A DNA stretch of 64,000 nucleotides from the human T2T-CHM13v2.0 reference genome, Homo sapiens. Below, piece by piece: positions 44,602 through 57,344 of this stretch; the first letter of the stretch is position 1, and every line of letters begins with the position of its first letter. Both the position numbers and the translations under genes were made by a program. The notes below the pieces were generated by a model. It was given only the letters and a program-made list of their open reading frames with translations. It made no database searches and was not told the DNA's origin. The DNA is taken from the NCBI RefSeq assembly GCF_009914755.1, contig NC_060925.1. One strand, 5' to 3'.

Positions 44602-45730
44602 TCACCATGAGGGCTTGTTGTTTAATTATTCACGAGGTGGAATTTCCAGATAAACATTTTCAGCTTTCCACGGCTTTTTTGTTAATAGGACATTCCCTTC
44701 GCCAAATGGATGACCAGAGTTAGACTGTGGCCACTCAGACGTAACAAATTTATGCTAGGGGTGCAGTTTGATGACGTTAGACTTAGGTGCTAACAAAATG
44801 CATCAAACGTGAAACGTGAAGCAGACGGTTTAATGCTGGTAATGGGATTTCTTCTCACAGCAAACTAAATTCATAGCATATTTTATTTTCTCTGGTTATA
44901 AATGTGGTCTCATATCTTGCTTACAGTTTAGACTCAGCATTTAGACTGATAGGCTCCATATCTTGTGGTATTTTATAGACTTGTTGCACTTCAAGAAAAC
45001 TTTAATATCCTCAAATTTTAATAAAAAGGCCTAAAGGAGAGATTTGGTATAGAACATTTAAGTTAATAGGTTACCGTCTTCAGTACTGAGTGCTTAATGT
45101 ATTTGAACTTTATTATATTATTAATACATGGCCTACAACTTTGGGGACAATATGCTAGTGGTCATAATCAGAATGAGAATAAAACATTGAATTTATATGC
45201 AAATGATAACTTTCTTAATATATAGTAGTTTGGATTTGAATTTAGGCCTCCACGGTGGGTGACTTGGAAGTTACTTTTTTAAATCTTAGTTTCTTACTTC
45301 CTGAAAAGACAATGATAGTACCCACCATATCTGTGTGCCATTGTTGTGAGGATGAACTGAGTTAAATATATAAGGTGCCCGTTGTAGAATATAGGGCCTT
45401 ATATAAAATACTTTGTAAGAAAAGATAAAAATCACTCTTAGTCCCCAAAGATAACCATTTTAGGGGGTATTTCTTTCCAGTCTTGATCATGTATATGTAC
45501 TTTTCATGAAGTTCAAATCATACCGTTTTGTATCCTTTTTCTTACAACATATAAACGTTCCAATTATGTCGTTAAAATTTATGGGGAGTCTTAATAGCAA
45601 CATGATAGAATATCCTATGTTTAACCCAGATTCAGTAATCTAGATAATTGGTTCCTCCCAGTTTTTGCTATTATAAATGCTGTTTTTAACTGACTTTTGT
45701 TTTCTTAGATCTGAAGAAGACACTTGAATC

Positions 45731-45841
45731 ATGGGTGACGTTAAAAATTTTCTGTATGCCTGGTGTGGCAAAAGGAAGATGACCCCATCCTATGAAATTA
45801 GAGCAGTGGGGAACAAAAACAGGCAGAAATTCATGTGTGAG
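45731..45841 (+). CDS. DHX9: DHX9 exon 2 coding part (MGDVKNFLYAWCGKRK...KFMCE), dsRBD1; exon begins at 45709
   Basis: ttcttag|AT acceptor at 45709, atcATGg Kozak, GAG|gtactg donor; recognised N-terminus of RNA helicase A. Confidence 0.97.
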
Positions 45842-46457
45842 GTACTGAAGAATACAGTTTGCATTTATGTGATTTATGAGGTTCATTTTGGGGTTAAAAG
45901 AAAAATGTTTTCTGTTTGGAGATGTTAATGTGTTGCACATTAGGAAACGACAGTTCTTTATTGTGACTTGACTGCTATTGTAAATCATTTTCAAGTCAGC
46001 ATTACTTTTAAAACAATCTGACAGGTAAATTATTCTAATTAGAGCCTATATCTTCCTCAGCTTCCTCAGTACCAGTAGTGGGGATGGGAAAAGTTGGATC
46101 AACTGTTTGCAGTTTTATAAGCACGTTTAGAAAGCAGAGCAATTCTTGATTGCTTCAAATCAAAGTGCTTAAATACAAATGGAGAGCTTGTTCATGGATA
46201 TTACAGAATCAGATTTTAATGTGAACCTTCTGTTATATGAGAAAAAAAAATCTGAGCCACTTAAATTATTTTTGGATACAACACAATTTAAGCTTTTTCA
46301 GTAGCTCATGCATTCTCTTATTTTTATATTTATATTTATAGAGTATATTTCCTAAAGTTAGCTGTTTGTTGTCTCTTAATGGACTACTGAATTACGACTT
46401 TTTAAAATCTCAGAATTACCCAGGTCAGTCTCTTAGTACTTTTTTTTTTTTTTAAAG

Positions 46458-46598
46458 GTTCAGGTGGAAGGTTATAATTACACTGGCATGGGAAATTCCA
46501 CCAATAAAAAAGATGCACAAAGCAATGCTGCCAGAGACTTTGTTAACTATTTGGTTCGAATAAATGAAATAAAGAGTGAAGAAGTTCCAGCTTTTGGG
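46458..46598 (+). CDS. DHX9: DHX9 exon 3 (VQVEGYNYTGMGNSTNKKDAQSNAARDFVNYL...PAFG), dsRBD1
   Basis: poly-T + aaag|GTT and GGG|gtaagt; 141 nt; KKxAxxxAA dsRBD motif. Confidence 0.97.
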
Positions 46599-46981
46599 GT
46601 AAGTACCTATGGCGAAGCACTTGAGATGTATGTTGTAAAGTTGTACAAACTCAATATGCGTAAGAGACTCAAGATAGTAATTTTTCACTGTTTTCAGATA
46701 TATCGTGTTTCGTAATGAAATTTGGCATCTTGTTTTGTCTCAGCACTGGACAAAATTTCTGAAGATGTGGATTGCATCCTTATTATATACCTGTCTTAGG
46801 GGCTTGAGAAATTCCATTAATCTTTGTGTCTTATGGCTTTATTTCATGTATTTATACACCAGAAATTTCAGAGTCTGTTATGTTCCATTCATTACCAATG
46901 ATAATACTTTAAATAAAATAGAAAAATCAGTAATATTTTAGACATGTTTGCTCCCATTGACACTCCCCCTGCCCCGTAAGC

Positions 46982-48126
46982 GATGAGGTCTTGCTCTGTT
47001 ACCCAAGCTAGAATGCAGTGACACAACCATAGCTCACTGCAGCCTCAAACTCTTGGGCTCAAGCAGTCCTTCATCCTTAACCCCCTTAGTAGCTGGACTA
47101 CAGGTGCATGCCACCACTTCTGGCAAGTTCTTTGTGTTTTGAGGCAGAGTCTTGCACTGTCGCCCAGGCTGGAGTGATCTCGGCTCACTGCAGCCTCCGC
47201 CTCCTGGGTTCAAGCGATTCTCCTGCCTCAGCCTCCGAGTAGCTGGGATTACAGGCACGCTCCATGATGCCCAGCTATTTTTTATGTTTTTAGTAGAGAT
47301 AGGGTTTCACCATGTTGGCCAGGCTGGTCTTGAACTCCTGACCTCAAGTGATCCATCCACCCACTTCCGTCTTCCAAAGTGCTGGGATCACAGGCATGGG
47401 CCACTGCACCTGGCTGACATGTCCTTATATAACAAAATAGTATTTTATGCAATGGAGTATTTTTGTGTTTTTTATGTCATGATTATCTTAATTATATTAC
47501 GTAAGTATGCAACAAATACCTCTGTCTAGTAGGTTGTTTTGGGGGATTTTTGTTTTGTTTTTCTGCCTTTTTTCTTTTTGGGGCTCAATCAAACTCTTGG
47601 CCTCAAGCCATCCTCCCACTTCAGCTCTTCCCCAGTAGCTGGGACTGTGGGTGTGTGCCGCTACACTAGGCTCTAGTAGTTTTTAAGAAATAAGGTTTTT
47701 TTTGTTTGTTTGTTTGTTTTGTTTTTTAAGACGGAGTCTTGCTCTGTTACCTAGGGTGGAGTGCAGTGCTCACTGCAACCTCCACCTCCTGGGTTCAAGC
47801 AGTTCTCCTGCCTCAGTCTCCTAAGTAGCTGGGATTACAGGCACCTGCCAACATGCCCAGCTAAATTTTGTATTTTTAGTAGAGACGGGGTTTTACCATT
47901 TTTTGCCAGGCTGGTCTCGAACTCCTGACCTCGGCCTCCCAAAGTGCTGGGATTACAGGTGGGAGCTACGGCGCCTGGCCCACGCCCAGCTAATTTTTGT
48001 GTTTTTAGTAGAGACAGATTTTCACCATGTTGGCCAGGCTTGTCTTGAACTCCTGACCTCAAGTGATCCGCCCCCTTCAGCCTCCCAAAGTGCTGGGATT
48101 ACAGGTGTGAGCCACTGTGCCCAGCC
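46982..48126 (-). mobile_element. Cluster of antisense Alus (46982-47124, 47128-47415, 47570-47672, composite 47695-48126)
   Basis: Repeated antisense Alu arms; the last unit is a dimer plus an extra left arm. Confidence 0.9.
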
Positions 48127-48585
48127 TGTCTATGCCAGTTTTAACAGGGTCCTGTTACTGAATTTTTGTATTCTGCCTTGTTTATGACAGTATTCTGACT
48201 CGTTATGAAAGAAATCTTATTTCCTTCCATTCCTTTGACTAAGAACTCGATAGACTTACTTTCCGGTAGATTAACTGCTGGGTAATTATAGTATCTTACA
48301 GTCTTTAATTTTATTGGTTTGCCTATCTGTAAAATGAAGGGATTGGGCAAGATCATCTTAAAAATGCCTTCTGGTAGAGAAAACAGTTTTGCAAATGTCT
48401 TTTACATGTTTGAAGTCTCCCTCTATTCTTTATCTTTTAGGCTCTTCTCTATGGTCTTGTAGATCTGCTAGTGACAAATTCTCTTATTCTCTTTCTGAAA
48501 ATATTTTTATTTTACCTTCTTTAAGAATATTTTCACTGGATGTAGAATTCTGGGGTACCAGATATTTTTTTCCCTCTTTTGGTAT

Positions 48586-49397
48586 GTAAGTGGAAAAAAA
48601 AAAAAACAATTTTCCTCTTCTCTCATACCACAACAATCAACAAAGAAGATTTCTGTGACTAAATGTGGGGTGGAGGTGGGGGACTTTTTCCACACACCCC
48701 AAGCAAGCAATCAGTTCTGCAGCAGTCACTAGCAGGGTATCCTCCAGTTCAACTCTGACACTACCTGGAGATAGCGTCAGACTCCACAGGGTGAGGACTC
48801 AGTCCCACAAGACTCCCCAGCCCCTTCAGACACCACTTGCAAGTCTGGGCCTCTAGAACTTCTGACTGACTAGCTTCAAGTTATGGTTTTCATGACTGCC
48901 TCTTTGGGGTCAGTTAATTTGCTAGTGTGGCTCACAGAACTCAGGAAAACCTACATTTACCAGTTTATTATAAAGAATACTACAAAATACAGTTGGTGAA
49001 ATAAGTAGGGCAAGATATGGCGGAGGCAGCAGGGAGCTCCCATGCCCTGCCTCGAACACCATTCTTCAGGAACCTCCACCTGTTCGGCCATTTGGAAGCC
49101 CTCCAAACCCTGTCCTTTGGTTTTTATGGAAACTTCATTATTCAGTATTGATTAAATCGTTGGCCATTGGTGACTTGACCTTCAGCCCTTCTCACTTCCC
49201 CAGAGGCTGGGAGGTGGGACCGAAAGTTTCAGCCCTCTAATCTTTCCTTGGTGGTTCTGGTGACCATCCCCCCACACCTGAAGCTACCTAGGGCCTGCCA
49301 GCCAGCAGTCAACTCGTTAGCATACAGAAAGTCTCCACTTAGGAGATTATAAGGATTTAGGATTTCTATGCCAGGGAAATGGGATTGAAGACCAGAT
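48586..49397 (-). mobile_element. MER21-family ERV solo LTR
   Basis: Homologous to 20512-21488; flanked by L1-like sequence, with an Alu inserted near one end. Confidence 0.75.
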
Positions 49398-49399
49398 GT

Positions 49400-49697
49400 A
49401 CTTTTTTTTTTTTTTTTTGAGATGGAGTTTCGCTTTTGTTGCCCAGGCTGGAGTGCAGTGGCATGATCTCGGCTCACCGCCACCTTTGCCTCCGGGTTCA
49501 AGCGATTCTCCTGCCTCAGGCAGGAGTATCTGGGATTACTGGCATGTGCCGCCATGCCCGGCTAATTTTGTATTTTTAGTAGAGACGGGGTTTCTCCATG
49601 TTGGTCAGGCTGGTCTCCAACTCCCAACCTCAGGTTATCTGCCCGCCTTGGCCTCCCAAAGTGCTGGGATTACAGGCGTGAGCCACTGAGTCCAGCC
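49400..49697 (-). mobile_element. Alu (AluSp-like)
   Basis: gggtttctccatgttggtcagg diagnostic; TSD agaccagat. Confidence 0.94.
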
Positions 49698-49719
49698 AGA
49701 GACCAGATAGGCTTTAAAG

Positions 49720-51115
49720 ATAATATGACACTGTCTACTTGCTGTTTTCTGTAAGAAGTCAGCTATAATCAAATCACTCTCTCCCATATGTAATGTGGTA
49801 GTCTGTGTTTTTAAGATCTTTTCCTGTTATTTTTGGTTTTTAGTATTTTGTGTTGTGACCGGGCATGGGTTTTTTTGTATGTGTGTGTTCTAACTTGTTC
49901 AAGGTTTGCTGAGATTATTGAATCCATAGATTTATGTATTTCACCAACTTTGAGAGACTTAGCTATTATTTAAGATATTTTTTGTTTTATTTTTTCTTCT
50001 TTCCTCTTGGTGTTTATATTTATAAAGACTTGATATCCCACAGGTCCCTGAGGCTCTCTTTTTTTTTTCCTATCATTTTTTCCACTGTTTCTCAAATTGA
50101 ATAATTTTTATTGATTATCTTCAGATTCTTTGATAGTTTTTTCTGTCCCTTCCATTTTGCTAAGCCCACCCAGTGTATTTCAGACACTACCTTTTTCACT
50201 TTTAAAATCTCCAGCTTATTCTTTTCTGTATGTTTTCTCTGGTGGCATTTCTTTTCATTCGTTATAAGTGTATGTTTGTAATATAAATATGGATTTCTTT
50301 TATGTCATGAAGCTTAATTCTAATAGCTGCTTTAAAATCCTTGCCTACTACTACTAACATCTGAGTCATCTCAGGGTTGGATTCTCTTGATAGGTATATT
50401 TTCTTGAGGTTGGATCACATTTTCCTCTTTGTGTATCAAATAATTTTTTATTGCATTCTGGGCATTGGAATATTATGCTGTGGAGACTCTGAATAATGTT
50501 ATACTCCTCCAAAGAGCATTGATTTGGTTTTTTTGTTTTGTTTTGTTTTGTTTTTAATCAGGCATTTAATTTAACTGGACTCAAACTGCAAATGCTGTCT
50601 TTTGGATGTTAACTCAGATCTCACCTCAGTTTTCTGATCATTTAGGACAGCCATGGAAGAGTCCTTCAGGTCTCCTTTGCTGGGCAGCTTGGAATCTGCC
50701 CTGTACATGAGTGGTTTTCAAGGGTTAGCCAGAGATTTCAATATACAGAATTCGGGGCTCCTCCTCTCTGGCTGTTTCCTTTCCAGCATTCCCTCACTTT
50801 CTAGCAGCTTTGCTTTCCCTGAACTCTAATTCTGATTCTTCAGGCCAAAAAGATGGTTTCATTGGAGGTTTAGCTGCCTGGGATGGCTTCTCTCAGGCTA
50901 AAAGCTACAGTAAACTGGAATTAGACCCTTGATACTCCGTGCTTCCCCATTTTAACTTCTCTCAAGAATCTACCTGCTTTTTTCGTTCATTTTTTATTGC
51001 CTGCATATAGTTCTGGTGTGTTGTGTGTGTGTTTGTATTTTTTCCCCCTAAAGTTTATTTTACCTGCAGGAGGGTCAGTCTTACAGGAACTTACTTGGCT
51101 ACAACCAGAAGTAAT
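49720..51115 (-). mobile_element. Degenerate old L1 fragments
   Basis: T-rich with L1M-type phrases (ccacaggtccctgaggctct, taatagctgctttaaaatccttg); boundaries uncertain. Confidence 0.55.
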
Positions 51116-51399
51116 CCCCTAGGTGATTTTTTTATTATTGTTTTAACATGGCTCAGGTGTTTCCTATTAAATGCTCTGTGGATTTCCTACTTTCTTCCTT
51201 ATTTCCTCTGTTCCAGCTACAGTAGCTGTACTTCTTCATAGGTCTTCAAATAAGCCCTCATCTTTCTGCCTCAAAACTTCTATACCTGAAGGACTCTTCC
51301 CCAGCTGTCCTATTTAACATTATAAACATTGTCACCCTCAGGTTACTTCCTAAACTCCTTCAATGCTTTATTTTTCTCCGTAACACTTACTTTTTAACT

Positions 51400-51604
51400 C
51401 AGTGTTTCTCAACTGGAGACCATTTTGTCCCCTCAAGGGATGTTTGGGGATGTATGGAGATATTTTTGTTGTTGTAACTCGAGGAGGCCACTGACATCTA
51501 GAAGGTGAAGGCCAGGGATGCTGCTAATGACCTACAATGCACTTGACAAACTCCTACAACAAAGAATTAACCAGCCTAAAATGTCACCAAGATGAGAAAC
51601 CTTG
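51400..51604. mobile_element. MER20-like hAT-Charlie MITE (second fragment near 52665-52822)
   Basis: cagtgtttctcaac...ggccagggatgctgctaa...acaacaaagaatta...gagaaacc. Confidence 0.8.
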
Positions 51605-51816
51605 TTCCAACGTAATTTATTTTTGTTTCATTGTATTAGAATGTAAGTTCGTGAGGGCAGGGATTTTTTTGTTTTTAGTTCGTTGCTGTGTCTCCAACAT
51701 TTAGAATGGTTCCTGGTCTATAGCAGATACTTAAATGTTTTTTGGTTGACTGAGTAAATGAATGGATGAATTTGGAAAAAAAAATTATAACAACCCATTT
51801 CTACTTTTAACCCCAC

Positions 51817-52244
51817 TGTATTATTAGTCCATTCTTGCATTGCTATAAAATACCTGAGACTGCATAATTTATAAAGAAAAGAGATTTAATTGGCTCACAA
51901 TTATGCAGGCTTTACAGGAAGTGTGGTACTGGAATCTGCTTGACTTCTGAAGAGGCCTCAGTAAACTTAGAATGATGGCAGAAGGTGAAGGGGAAGCAGG
52001 GATGTCCTACATAGCAGGAGCAAGAGAAAGTAAAGGGGAAGATGCCACACACTTTTAAATGACCAGATCTCATGAGAACTCACTCACTGTTGCTAGGATA
52101 GCAGTACCAAGGAAAGTGGTACTAAACCATGCATGAGAAACCCACCTCATGATCCAGTTACTTCTCACCAGGCCCTACCTCCAACATTGAGGATTAAAAT
52201 TTGACATGACATTTGGGCAGCGATACGTAACCAAACTGTTACCA
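51817..52244. mobile_element. MaLR LTR (MSTB-like)
   Basis: Homologous to 23657-24044, same orientation. Confidence 0.85.
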
Positions 52245-53431
52245 GCTACCATCTTTATCTTACCTCCTCATTCTAGGGAAATCCTTTTTCATAATCACTT
52301 ATTTCATCTGGAACTTACCCTTTCATGCCATAAATTGCATTTGCCAAAAGTGAGCATGTAGAGGATATTTTAAAATTTTTTTTGCTGTGGACAATTGTAG
52401 ATGTGTATAAAAGAATAATATAGTGAAACTCCATGTTTCCGTCATCTGGCTGCAACACTTTCAATTTTACTCATTTCTAACTACTCCCCTTTCTTAGATT
52501 ATTTTGGAGCATCCCAGACATCTTATTCATCTGTTAATATTTCAGTTTTTAACTAAAACATAATTCTTTTTTTAAAAAAAGTATTATAATCAAACCTAAA
52601 AGAAAAATTTAAGAATAGTGTCAATATAATGAGATATCCAATTAATGTTTACATTTTCCTGATTTGGTAATGTCTGGAGATGTTTGAACTTGAAGGAGGT
52701 GTGTTGATGGCGTCTAGTGGGTGGAAGCCAAGGATGTTAAAAACTATGGTATTCAGAACAGCTTTCTGCAACAAATAATTACCTGGTTGAAATGTCAGTG
52801 GTGCTAATGTTGAGAAACATTGGTCTGTAACCTCACCACTGGTTTTAGATACCTTAGTATTCTTTTAATTTGCTTTTTAAAATTATGAGTGAAGTCAAAC
52901 ATCTTTTGGGCTTTAAGGATCATTTACATATATATTTCTCTGTACTGCCTCTACATATATCTTCCCTTTTTTTTTAATTGGATTCTTGGTCTTTTCCTCT
53001 GTGTTTGTTAATATATTAGCAATATTAACTCCTTACCTGTGATGTGTCACAAATATTTTTTCTCAGTTTGCCCATTATAACTTTATTTTTACTTGTGTTT
53101 TTTGCCATATCAAAAAAAACTGGTTCATTGTAAAGTGTACACACGTACCCCCCCCCCTTTTTTTTTTAATTTCATCAGCGTTCAGCTTTATTGATAACAT
53201 CCTCCAACCCATCAAAATTTTTCTGTCTTCTCTGGCACTGGATTCTCTAATTATCTTTCTGTCTCTGACTGCTCCTTAATTTTTTTTAACCTTCCTCTTG
53301 GTAGAGTGTGGAACCATATCCTTAAGTATTAAGTATTCATACATAATACTACTCCAAGCTTGGGTATTCTGTCAGATACTTGTGTCTTTTTGTAATGAAT
53401 GCATCAGTACTTGACTATTATCTAGGCTAAA

Positions 53432-53773
53432 TCATCCAGCCTTGGTGACAGAGCCAGACCCTGTCTCAAAAAAAAGAAAAATGGCGTGGTGGCTCACACC
53501 TGTAATACCAACACTTCGGGAGATAGAGGCAGGAGGATCTCTTGAGTCCAGAAGTTCAAGACCAGCCTCAGCAACATAGACCCCATCTCTACAAAAATAA
53601 AATAGAAATATTAGGTGGGAATGGTGGTGGCTGCCCGTAGTCCCATCTACTCGAGAGGCTGAAGTGGGAGGATCACTTGAGCCCAACAGGTTGGGGCTGC
53701 AGTGATCTGTCATTGCACCATTGCACTCCAGCCTGGGTGATGCAGTGAGACCCTGTCTCAAAAAAAAAAAAAA
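53432..53773 (+). mobile_element. Alu 3' fragment followed by AluJ-like element
   Basis: Short tail fragment 53432-53480, then dimeric Alu with A tail. Confidence 0.9.
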
Positions 53774-55397
53774 AGGTTTTAAATGGGAACAGATTGTGAG
53801 AATAGAAAAAGAAATAAATGGACTATAGCATTGCCAATGTTGCTAAAATCTGTGTATTTTTGTTTAGATAGTTACATGTGTATTTTAATGTGATAAAATA
53901 TATATTGTGTATACTATTTTATAACCTACTTGAAAAAGTATTTTCTCACATTGCTGACTCTTCCTTAGGCAGAGCCAAGATTATGCACTGTGACACTTTC
54001 AATACTCTTATACCTCACCTATTTTAATTGATTTTGAAATGTTAAAAAAGGAAATCCTCCCCATCACTGGAAAATAGAAGTTACATCAGACACCTCAATT
54101 CTCATACGTTAGGAATTTTCTTTTAGGTTGGTGTAGATAGAGAGTGAGGTGGAGGGGAATTTGAGGTCCTGGAGTGGCAAGGTGGTAGAAAGAGGAGGAC
54201 AAGTTAGCATTGTGGTGCCAGGACTGCCCAGTGAATTTTTCCTGTGCCTTGGTTATTAGGGCTGACCCTTGAATAGGTTCTACTTTGTCTCCATAACCCC
54301 AACCTTGGAGGAACACTATCCTTCAAGGTATAAGCTCTCTAGAAGAAAGCAGAAAAGAAAAAAATTCACAATGTACTAATAACACAACATTAGACATGTT
54401 GCTATATATATTGGCAGAAGCAAAGTGGTAATGTGAAAAAGTAACAAAGCGCCCAAAAAACCCTAAGAGACAATTGGAAATTTGAATTTAGATCTAAGTG
54501 AAAATTTTAAATTATGATCATAGACTATTTAGATAAGTGTCTGGCAAAACTCTGGAGTGGTCAGAGGAACAATCATTTATTCAAAATAATAATAGTTATA
54601 CTATTGCACAAAAAACAGCTTTTTGAATGAATTAGCTTTCATCTCAGAATGAAACAGGAGAAATTAATAGCGATAAAATCAGAAATTGCTGAATTAGAAA
54701 GTAAAAATAAGTCAAATTTTTAAATGTTCTTTGCAAACAGAAATAGTTCATCCCATCTAGTTAAGGAAAAGGTTGTATAGATCTCAGTTCTTCATCCTAA
54801 AACCCATGTGGTTAGATGGGTTTAAGAATTCAGAATTTTCCTTAGTTTAGAAAACCAATATATTTTATGTAACAGCACATCTGAGGCAAAACCCTGTAAT
54901 TAAACTTTCTTAATACGTAGTACTAATGATCTTATAAGAGAAAAATATCTATTCCGTGATCATCTTAATAAAGGCTTTTGAAAAAGTATTTGATAAAATT
55001 AAACACTAATGACCAATAAAATACTTAAGAAATGGAGTAGAAAGATACTTTTTTGACTGCTTTAAAAGGTGTTAAGGTAGTAAACACTACTAAAAATGAG
55101 CCCCAGAGCAGTGTTACTCAAAATGTTACAGTTTGTGAGGAGGTAAGTACAGAAATGAGTAAACATTTAGAAATACAGTATTGTGACAGGTTGTTCCCAG
55201 TGGATTAGGGGAAACAACCAGTTCTTCATTGCAGACATTTTGAGATGCACTGCTCTAGAGACTTAACCTCTAAACAAAGATGGTAATATTACAAAGAAAG
55301 GAGGTATGACACATGGGTCCTTTTAAGTATTAAAAGAATTTACTAGTCCCCGTGAAGGCAAAAGCACTGACAGCTGCCTTGACTTTTTCTTTTGCAG

Positions 55398-55509
55398 GTA
55401 GCATCTCCGCCCCCACTTACTGATACTCCTGACACTACAGCAAATGCTGAAGGAGATTTACCAACAACCATGGGAGGACCTCTTCCTCCACATCTGGCTC
55501 TCAAAGCAG
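55398..55509 (+). CDS. DHX9: DHX9 exon 4 (VASPPPLTDTP...HLALKA), linker
   Basis: ttttgcag|GTA and CAG|gtaagg; 112 nt. Confidence 0.96.
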
Positions 55510-55876
55510 GTAAGGGACTTGAATCCATGCACGTGGTGGAGAATAAGATATACACAATCTTGATCACCATCTCTGTTTCTCGTTTTGGGTAGAAAGAACT
55601 GCAGTAAACTCTTGATGTTAAGAGACAACCCAAGGCCTTCATAAATTTGCACATATTACCAGATCATTTATTTTTTTCTTAGAACATGTGGTACAGCATA
55701 GTTCTTTGCTGTCATTGGCTTTTACTACATTTTTCTCTGAATAAATAGGTTTTCCACAGGCTAGAATATTTGGTGAAAGAATCTTATGAATTGCCTTTTC
55801 TTGTTCCTTATTCTTACTAAATATATTGTTGACTTGTTTGTTTACCCTGTGGATCCAGGCCATTGCAGAATGACTT

Positions 55877-55985
55877 ACAGTAGGTCCTTGAATAACTTTG
55901 TTTCCTTCAATGTTATTATCTTACAACATTGCTTATAGTCTTCGTTTCCAAGAACCTAGCAGCGACATTAATTGAGGATTTACTG
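55877..55985. mobile_element. MER6/Tigger-like internally deleted MITE
   Basis: Inverted ends ta-cagtaggtcct / aggatttactg-ta with TA duplication. Confidence 0.6.
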
Positions 55986-56074
55986 TATAGTCACAGCTTT
56001 TATTGGGATGTCTACCATATGGTAGATTAGGATTTGGGTCATATTGCTTAAGTCTCATATTTACTGTTTATTGA

Positions 56075-56395
<321 letters not shown>

Positions 56396-56470
56396 TAGGA
56401 TAATTCTTTAATGTATTTAGGATTTTTCTACAGTTATGACTCATTAAGAGAATTTTTTTTCTTTTAACAG

Positions 56471-56583
56471 AAAATAATTCTGAGGTAGGGGCCTCTGGCT
56501 ATGGTGTTCCTGGGCCCACCTGGGACCGAGGAGCCAACTTGAAGGATTACTACTCAAGAAAGGAAGAACAAGAAGTGCAAGCG
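56471..56583 (+). CDS. DHX9: DHX9 exon 5 (ENNSEVGASGYGVPGPTWDRGANLKDYYSRKEEQEVQA)
   Basis: ttttaacag|AA and GCG|gtaagg; 113 nt; frame continuous. Confidence 0.96.
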
Positions 56584-57195
56584 GTAAGGCCAGCACCGTA
56601 GGTTACATCTCTGAGAATGTGATTTGGGACTTAGTTAACAGCAAAGCTTAGGATTAGGATATTCACAAGTTAATAATTGGGTGCATCTTTTAAGAGGTTA
56701 TTTGAGACTACTTATTAGCACAAGTCATCATAAAGCTAAACTACCCATTTACTCTTGTTATTCACATTGCCTATGGAGGAAAAAAACAGTATTTTTTTCT
56801 TGGTAGTAATAAAAAGATCTCCTCTTCAGCTTTATAGGAAATGTAATTATCTCAGGGGACCTTATTTTATGAGCACTTAGAGTAAAAAAAAGTCTTTAGT
56901 ATAGCTTATTTTTCCACTTCATGTATTCAGTGTTAAAACAAGCACAAAGAAGTTGTCATTTTTTTTTTTTTGGAAGAATTTAAATGCAATGTATTAACTA
57001 ATAGCTTGTTTATATAATAGGGCCTTTAGATGCAATAAAAAGTAATTCTGGTTCAGTTTTTGACTAGGATTATAAACTATCAAAAACAGCTTTTGCATTA
57101 TAAAGGATAGTACAAAGACAGTATTAAAAATTTCTGTGCCTTGTTTGTATACCTAAACTTAACACAGCCAAATTTAATTATCATTGATTCTACAG

Positions 57196-57344
57196 ACTCT
57201 AGAATCAGAAGAAGTGGATTTAAATGCTGGGCTTCATGGAAACTGGACCTTGGAAAATGCTAAAGCTCGTCTAAACCAATATTTTCAGAAAGAAAAGATC
57301 CAAGGAGAATATAAGTACACCCAAGTGGGTCCTGATCACAACAG
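57196..57344 (+). CDS. DHX9: DHX9 exon 6 ([12 protein letters not shown]...[12 protein letters not shown]...GPDHN), start of dsRBD2
   Basis: tacag|ACT and AG|gtttgc; 149 nt; phase-2 end. Confidence 0.97.
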
